In this document: positions 55,423 through 64,000 of the stretch, piece by piece
Position numbering within the stretch: the stretch's first letter is position 1
How the letters are laid out: the number at the start of each line of letters is the position of its first letter
Assembly: GCF_009914755.1 (NCBI RefSeq)
Contig: NC_060935.1
Strand: one strand, 5' to 3'
DNA from: the human T2T-CHM13v2.0 reference genome, Homo sapiens
Length of the DNA: 64,000 nucleotides
The notes under the pieces: generated by a model
Told to the model about the DNA's origin: nothing
Database searches by the model: none
Seen by the model: only the letters and a program-made list of their open reading frames with translations
Position numbers and translations under genes: made by a program

Positions 55423-58389
55423 TAAATTATATTTCATTGATCTGTTTGTTTAGTTCTGTGTAACTACTGCTGCCTTACTTACTGTAGCTTTATGATAGGT
55501 CATAAAATCTAGTAGTGTAAGCCCTCCAGCTATTTCCCGCCCCCAACATTTTCTTGGTGTTCTAGGTCTTTTGTATTTGCATATCAATTTTAAAAGCAGT
55601 TTGCCAATTTCTATTAAACAAAAATCTTTTGGGTTTTTGATTGGGATTGCTTTGGCTCTAGATCAATTTAGGGAGACTTGACTGCTTAATAATATCGTAT
55701 CTTCCAATCCATGAAATGATATATGTCTCCATTTATTTAAATATTCTTTAATATCTCAGCGGTGTTTTATGGTTTTCAGTGTACAGGTCTTTCACATCTT
55801 TCTTTAGATTTATTCCTAGTTATTTATTGATATTAAATAGAAACACTGATTGATTTTTAATATATTAATTTAAACTCTTGCAATTTGCCGAATTTACTCA
55901 TTAGTTCTAGTAGTTGGATTGTAGATTTCTTTGGATTTTTCTACATACACAATCATAGCACCTTTAAGTAGATTTGCTTCTTCCTTTCCTATACCTATGG
56001 CTTTTATTTACTTTTAAAATGCATTATTACAATGGTTTGGACCTTGAGTATATGTGGAATAGAGTGATGAAAGTGGGTATCTTTGCCTTGTTTTTGATTG
56101 TAAGTATAGGATTAGCTGTAGATTTTTTTCTATAAACCTTTTATCAGATTGAGGAAGCTCCCCTTTCCTCCTAGTTTGTTGAGGGTTTTTTTTTTATTTT
56201 TAACCATTAACAGGTATTAAATTTTATCAAATGCTTCTTTTTTTGAATCTTTTAAGATAATTATGATCTTTTTTCTTCATTCTGTCATTGATTGATTTTC
56301 AAATATTATACCAACCTTGTATAGTATTTGAAAATCAGTCAGTTTAACAGAATGGTATAACCTACTCAGATAAACCCACTTGATCCAGTTGCTTTATCCT
56401 TTTCATATATTACTAGAGTTGATTTGCTAACATTTTATTAATGGTTTTTGCATTTATGTTCATGTATAATAATTGGTCTATAATTTTTTTTTCCTATAGT
56501 GTTCGTGTCATGTTTTGGTATCAGGGTCATGTTGACCTCATGAAACAAACTGAAAGCATCCCTTCTTCTTCTTGGAAAGATTTTTGATGCTACTGGCATT
56601 TTACCGGTGAAGCTATCTGAGCCTAGAGTTTCCTATGTGAGAAAATTTTTAATTGCAAATATAATTTATTTAACAGATGGTGGTTCTTTAGATTTTCTGT
56701 TTCTTTTGTTTGTTTTGGAAATTTGTGGATTTTAAACAATTTGACTATTTCATTTAAGTTGAATTTATTGGCATACAGTTGCTCATAATTTCTCCTTAAT
56801 TCCTTTTAACTATGTGAAGGATCTGTAGTGATGTCTTCTCTTTCATTTTTATGCTGGTAATTTGTTTTCAAGCATCATTCTTTATCTCTCTTCTCTCTCA
56901 CTTTTCACATTTACACCATCTTTCCTGTCACTATTTTAATTTAGGACAGAGCCATTTGTTACTTGGACTGTTGGAATAACCTCACACTAACCTTCCTGTT
57001 TGCAGTCTCTTTTCTCTGTGTGCCATTCACCTATTACAAGAAGAAATATCTTTCTAAAGTGCAAATGTAATTAAATCTTTCCCAGCTTAAAACTTTTTAA
57101 TGGTTTTCTGATGCCTTCAGAATAAAAATCTAAGCACCTTCATATGAAATACAAAACCATTAATTATAAGGTATTGATTTGTTTCATAGACATCTGTCTT
57201 TCCTGTATTTCTTCTCCCTTTTTATCTCTCTCTGCAAGCCGTAGGGAACTATACTTCACTGCCTTTGTAGGTATTCTAATTTGTCATTCTTTGTCTTAAA
57301 CTTGAATGCAGGGTTTCTGATGTCATATGATCAATATTATCTTCTAACTTCTCCTTCAGTGAGATTATTTTTAATATCTCATTGGCTTCATCTCAGTTAA
57401 TCTTTATTAATAATTTACTTGACATAATTTTTTTTATTCAATGTATCTTTACGTTCACAGAAATATATAGCCTCAAAGCACTTTAGTCCAGTTTCAGTTT
57501 ATCTCAAATCATGTTAAAAAATAGGAATGCATCTCTTTCCTATCACCAGAATACCTATCGGATAGCTATTTGATCTCTCCTTCCCAACACCAGTGACGAT
57601 AAGTTTTATTTCAGCTTGAGGATGTTAGTGTTGATATTGACCACTCACCCATATTACTACATGATATATATTTCTTTCTTTATAGATTCTTTTGATAGTT
57701 TGCAAAATCAAGAAACATTACTCTGAAATTGGCCAACCAGTTTGGAGGTAAAGCAGTTGTTTCTTTTTTAGTTAGTCCTTCACCTCTTTATCCCCAGGGG
57801 AATCAGGATGTCCCATGTTATTTTTCAAAGTCTAAATACTTCAAACTTTTATTCTCCTGTTGGGTTTGAAAGGGGGGTGTTATTAGCTCTGTCTTGATGC
57901 AGCAGGGGCTCTGAAAGTCTATTTGGATAACACTGAAGATTGGAGGAAATGTGACTCTGTCTGTGTGTTTTAAGCCCCTAAGGTAAGATCAGAAAGCGTC
58001 TGGGGCAGTGAGAGCCAAATAGTTGAAGTCATACATTAATTATGGTCATGAATCATTTTTATTTTTAAAGTCTTTACCATTTGACAAGGTTGTTTGCATA
58101 GTACCAGTGAAGTTTTAGGCGGCCCTTTCCTACTTTTAAAGTAACAGGCTATTTTGTTGATTTCTTCTCTGGGTTGATGATGCCTATCATTTTTAGAATT
58201 CTGATAACATTTTTAGTAAAAATTGCTGTTTCCTCACTTGAATGAGTGGTCTCTATGTGATTTTTATTTTGATACACTATTTTGAAGTTACAAATCTAGG
58301 AAACTACCACACTGATCTTCCAATTAATCTCCCACTGATGTCAAAAATGTCAAATTTTGGGACTGTGCTTTTATGTTCAGACGTTAGGC

Positions 58390-58930
58390 ATTAAGCCAGC
58401 AAATACATTTTGAGTCCCTCCTTTGTGCCACATTCTGTGCTTAGCATTTGGAATACACCTTAGAAGATGAAATTTATTTTTCCCCCAGAAAGATCTGGTG
58501 AAATAGGCAAAGAAATAAACAGTTGCTGTAAAATAGGGTCATGTAATATTTTTGTGGTGCCATACACATGAAGTAGCAGATTTCCAGAGGAAGGAGCACC
58601 TCTACCTGTCCGTAATAGTCAGGAAAGGCTTTTGAAGAAGAGGTTGCTTGAGCTGCCTCTTGATGGATTAGGAGTTTATTTATCTGTTAAGGGATGGGAA
58701 GAACTTGTAGGCACATAGAACAACTCACACAGGGGTACAGAAGGAATAAATTATAAGGATATGTTTGGAGAGTTGCCAGTAGTTTAGTATTGCTAGAGAA
58801 GATGGTGCAAGGTAAAAAATAATCAGGAATGAGACTGGATGTGTCAGCAGGGTCTACATCACAAAGGGCCTTACCTTGATGTAAAATTACTTTAGAGCTG
58901 TCTTTTTAAGAGAGTATTACTGTCAATGTA
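58390..58930 (-). mobile_element. L2 fragment
   Basis: ttgagtccctcctttgtgccacattctgtgcttagc...gtcaggaaaggcttttgaagaagagg. Confidence 0.65.
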
Positions 58931-59357
58931 GATTAAACACACAAACACACCCAGACCAAGAGGCAACAGGATGGAGTATAATCTCCTCTATTGGATTCCT
59001 TAGGAGCCCTGAGGGATTTGTTGAATTACTGGTCCCATGAACAAAATAGCTGTATTGAGAGTTGGTCCTTTTTATGTGACCTAAGAAATCATCAATAAAT
59101 ATCAGGCAATTTCTAAAAGTAAAGAATATATCATGAATATTTTCAGGGTTTAGGGTAATAATAATAATGTTGGCAGAGGTAGTGATATCATCAAATGCCT
59201 AAGAAAATGAACCTCTCATATATATGATGACTTTCAGGTTAGGATTGATGACCACCTTTTAAAAACCGAGGTAAAATTCACACACAGTGAAATGCACAGA
59301 TCTTAAGTGTAAAATCTGTGAGTTTTGGTGTACTCCTTACCCTAATCAAGACATCAA

Positions 59358-59637
59358 AGCCAGGTGCAGTGGCTCACTCTTGTAATCCCAACACTGTGGG
59401 AGGCTGAGGCGGAAGGATGGCTTGAGGCCAGGAGTTTGAGATAAGCCTGGGCATAGCGAGACTCTGTCTCTACAAAAAATTAGTCGGACCCAGTTGCACG
59501 CTCCTGTAGTCCAGCTACTCAGAAGGCTGAGGCAGGAAGATCCCTTAAGTCCAGGAATTTGAGGGGGCAGTGAGTTATGGTCATGCCAGTGCACTCCAAC
59601 CTAGGTGACAAAGTGAGACCACCATCTAGAAAAATAA
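59358..59637 (+). mobile_element. AluJ
   Basis: Degenerate sense dimer with J-type diagnostics. Confidence 0.88.
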
Positions 59638-60061
59638 AGACTTAGAACATTTCCATCACCTCAGATAGTTCCTTTGTTCCCTCTTCTCCCTATGTTAGTC
59701 CCCACCACTCTTTTGATTTGTCACCATAGGTTGGTTTTACCTGTTCTTGAACTTTGTAAAAAGGGAATCATACAATATGGACTTTTCTGTTTCTGGCTTT
59801 TTTCACTCAACATATTGTTTTTGAGATCCATTCATATTGTTGTATGTACCAGTGGTGTGTTCCTTTTTATTGCTAAGTAGATTTTCATTATATGAATATA
59901 CCTCAATCTGTTGATTCTTCTATTTGATAGACATTTGGGTTGTTTTCTATGAACATTCTTATACAAAGCTTCTTGTAGACATACGTTTTTTATTTTTCTT
60001 GGGTAAATACCTAGGAGTAGAATTGCTGGGTCATAGGTTAAATATATGTTTAACTTAATAA

Positions 60062-60430
<369 letters not shown>

Positions 60431-61578
60431 TATATTTTTGCCAGCAATGCATGCAAGTTTTAGCTGTTCCACATCCTTGCCAGCATTTAGTGTTGTCATT
60501 TTAATTTTATTTATTCTAACAGGTGTGAAATGGCACCTCATTATGATTTTAATATGCGTTTCCCTGATGACTAAGACTTTGAGTGACTTTTCCTGTGCTT
60601 ATTGGCCATTCTTATATCTTCTTTTGTGAAGTGTTCATTTCATTCTGTTGTCCATTTTTAATTGGCTGTCTTGATTACTGATTTATAAGACTTCTTTATA
60701 GTCAGATAGGTGCTTTGCAAATATTTCCTCCCAGTCTATGGACTGTTTTTTTTTTTAAATTTTCCTAATGGGAGCTTTGTTAAGATTAACAGGTATTTCT
60801 CATTTTTTTAAAGTCTAATTTATTCCTTTTTAATTTTATGATTAATTCTTTTTATGTCTTCTCTAGTGAATATTTGTCTACCCCAAGTTTGCAGGAGATA
60901 GTCCTACATTTTTGGTCATAAGTGTTATGATTTCAGCTTTTTATATTTACTGTGATCCTCTTTAAATTAATTTTTGTGTGTATGAAGTAGGGGATGAGAT
61001 TGATTTTTTTTCTATGCTTATTCAGTGTTCCATAGCACCTTTGTTTAAAAAACTTTGTTTTCTGCACTGATTTGCCTTCATTCCTTTGTCAAAAATTAAT
61101 TTGCTATATATGTGTAGGATTATTATGATACACTTTCTTCTGTTCCATTGATCTTTGTTTTTTTTTTTATCTCCATGACCACACCATATTGTCTTAATTA
61201 TGTAACTTAATAGAAACTCTTGAAATCTGGCATATTTCAAGATTGGTTTGTCCCTTCTAGATTCTTTGCTTTTCTCTATAAATTACAGTATCATCTTACT
61301 AATTTCTGTCAAAAAAAAATCCTTTGGGACCGTGATTAGGAGTCTCAAGCTATTTACCCATTTGGGAAAAGCTGACAACTTAACAATATAGAATCTTCCA
61401 GTCCATGTACATGTATTTTTTACTTACTAGTTCTTCTTTATTGTAGCAGTGTTTTGTGACTTCAGGGTTGAGTCTTGCACATCTTTTGTTTATTTCATCC
61501 CTAAGTATTTTATGTTTTTTGATGCTGTCATTAAAGTATTATTTAAAAATTTCATAACTCAATTGTTTGGGGCTAATA

Positions 61579-64000
61579 CAGGAATACCTTGGAGATACTG
61601 AGGATTTGGTTCCAGGCTACCCCAATAAAGCAAATATTGCAATAAAGCAGTAAATCAAATATTTCAATAAAGCGAGTCACATGAACTTTTTGGTTTCCCA
61701 GTGCGTATAAAAGTTATGTTTACACTATGCTGTAGTCTATTAAGTGTGAAATAGCATTATGTCTAAAAACAATGTACATACCTTAATTAAAACATACTTC
61801 ATTGCTAAAAAATGCTAACGATCATCTGAACCTTCAGCAAGCCATATCTTTTTGCTGGTGGAGGGTCTTGCCTCCATGTCAGTGGCTGCTGACTGATCAG
61901 ATTGGTGGTTACTGCAGGTTGGAGTGATTGTGACAATTTCTTAAAATAAGACAACATGAAGTTTGACATATCAGTTGACTCTTCTTTCGTGAATGATTCT
62001 CTGTATCATGCGATGCTGTTTGATAGCATTTTACCCAGAGTAGAACTTCTTTCAAAATTGGAGTCCGTCCTTCCCCTCAAACCCTGCCACTGTTTTATCA
62101 ACTAAGTTTATGATGGCGTAAATTTTTTGTTGTCATTTCAACAGTGTTTATAGCTTCTTCACCAGGAGTAGATTCTATCTCAAAAAACCACTTTTCTTGA
62201 TTAACTGTAAAAAGTAACTCCTCATCCAGTCAAGTTTGATCATGAGATCACAGCAATTCAGTCACATCTTCAGGCTCCTCTTATAATTCTAATTCTCTTG
62301 CTATTAAAACCATGTCTGCAGTTACTTCCTCCACTGAAGTCTCGAACCCCTCAAAGTCATCCATGAGGGTTGGAATCAGCTTCTTCCAAAGTCCTGTTAA
62401 TGTTGATATTTTTATCTACTCCCATGAATCATGAATGTTCTGAATGGCATTCAGAATGGCGAATCCTTTCCAGAATGTTTTCCATTGATTTTGCCCAGAT
62501 CCACCAGAAGAATCAATTATCTGTGGCAACTCTAGGCTTATGAAATGTATTTCTTAAATAATAAAACTTGAAAGTTGAAATGCCTCCTTCATCCATGGGC
62601 TACAGAATGGATAATGTGTTAGCAGACATGAAAACATTAATCTCCTTGTACATGCCCATCAGCACTCTTGGGTGACCAGGTTCATTGCCAATGAACAATA
62701 ATATTTTGAAAGAAATCTTTTTTCTAAGCAGTAGGTCTCAAGAGTCCTAAAATATTCATAAAACCATGCTGTAAACAGATACATTGTCATCCAGGCTTTG
62801 ATGTACCATTTATAGAACACAGGCAGAGTAGATTTAGCATAATTCTTAAGGGCCCCAGGGTCTTCAGAGTTGCAAATGAGCATTAGCTTCAACTTAAAAT
62901 CAGCAGCTGCATTAACCCCTAGTAAAAGAGTCAGTCTGTCCTTTGAAGCTTTGAAGCCAGGCATTGACTTCTCCTCTCTAGCTATGAAAGTCCTAGGTGG
63001 CATCTTATTTCAACAGAAGGCTGTTTCATCTATGTTGAAAATCTGTTGTTTAGTATAACCACCTTCATTGATGATCTTAGCTAGAGCTACTGAGTAACTT
63101 ATTGCAGCTTCTCCATTAGCACTTCCTGCTTCACCTTGCATGTCTATGTTCTAGAGGTGGCTTCTTTCCTTAAACCTCATAAACCAATCTCTGCTGTCTT
63201 CCAACTTTTCTTCTGCAGCTTCCTTACCTCTCTCAGCCTTCAAAGATTTGAAGAGAGTTAGGTCCTTACTCTGGATTAGGCTTTGGGTTAAGAGAAGGTT
63301 GTGGCTGGTTTGATCTTGCATCCAGACCAGTAAAACTCTTTCCGCATCAGCAATAAGGCTGTTTTACTTTCTTATCATTCGTGTGTTCACTGGAGTAGCA
63401 CTTTTAATTTCCTTCAAGAACTTTTCCTTTGCATTCACAACTTGGCTGACTGTTTCATGCAAGAGGCCTAGTTTTTGGCTTATCTTGGCTTTTCACCTGC
63501 CTTCCTCAGTAAGCTTTGTCATTTCTAGCTTTTGATTTAAAGTGAGAGACATAGGACTATTCTTTTCACTTGAACACCTAGAGGTTACTGTAAGGCTTGG
63601 CCTAATTTCATTATTGTTGTGTCTCAGGGAATATGGAGGCCCAAGGAGAGGAAGAGAGACTGGGAATGGCCAGTCAGTAGAGCAGTCAGAACACAAAACA
63701 TTTATCGATAAAGTTCACTATCTTATACGGGTACAGCTCGTGGTGCTCCAAAATAACTATAATAGCAACACCAAAGATCTCTGATCACAGGTCACCATAA
63801 CAGATATAATAATAATGATAAAGTTTGAGATATTGTGAGAATTACCAAAATGTGACAGAGAGACATGAAGTGACCACATGCTGGTGGAAAAATGGCTCCA
63901 GTAGACTTGATTGACTCAGGGTTGCCACAAACCTTCAATTTGTTTTTTTTTTTTTGTTTCTTTTTTTTAAATATCTATGAAGCACAATAAAGCAAAATGC
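61579..64000 (-). mobile_element. Near full-length Tigger1 (pogo/TcMar) with disrupted transposase; runs off the window edge
   Basis: TA then the TIR caggaatacct at 61579. Minus-strand peptides SLTLNQKLEM (N-terminal HTH) and [29 protein letters not shown]...[12 protein letters not shown] (DDE region). About 2.4 kb. Confidence 0.95.

Overview
Primate (human or near-human) intronic DNA, AT-rich and dominated by transposable elements. The only host coding sequence I can find is one 86-nt + strand exon at 15683-15768 ([29 protein letters not shown]). I recognise it from memory as UVRAG, about residues 170-198, probably exon 6, so the rest of the window is the two flanking introns. Embedded retrocopies: an antisense PPP1R1A processed pseudogene just upstream of the exon, an antisense full-length SUMO1 processed pseudogene with a Tigger4/MER46-type transposon in its 3'UTR, and a tailless 5S rRNA pseudogene. 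The remainder is about 20 Alus, L1M/L2/L3/MIR relics, LTR8- and MLT1-type LTRs, MER1B, MER58, a split MADE1, a near full-length Tigger1 and microsatellites. I find no evidence of a new multi-gene system. The best second-look items are structural (a ~260-bp Alu/AT palindrome, a trimeric Alu, a co-varying MADE1 hairpin) and candidate TE- or pseudogene-derived cryptic exons near the UVRAG exon. Family and gene names come from recalled sequences, not database searches.
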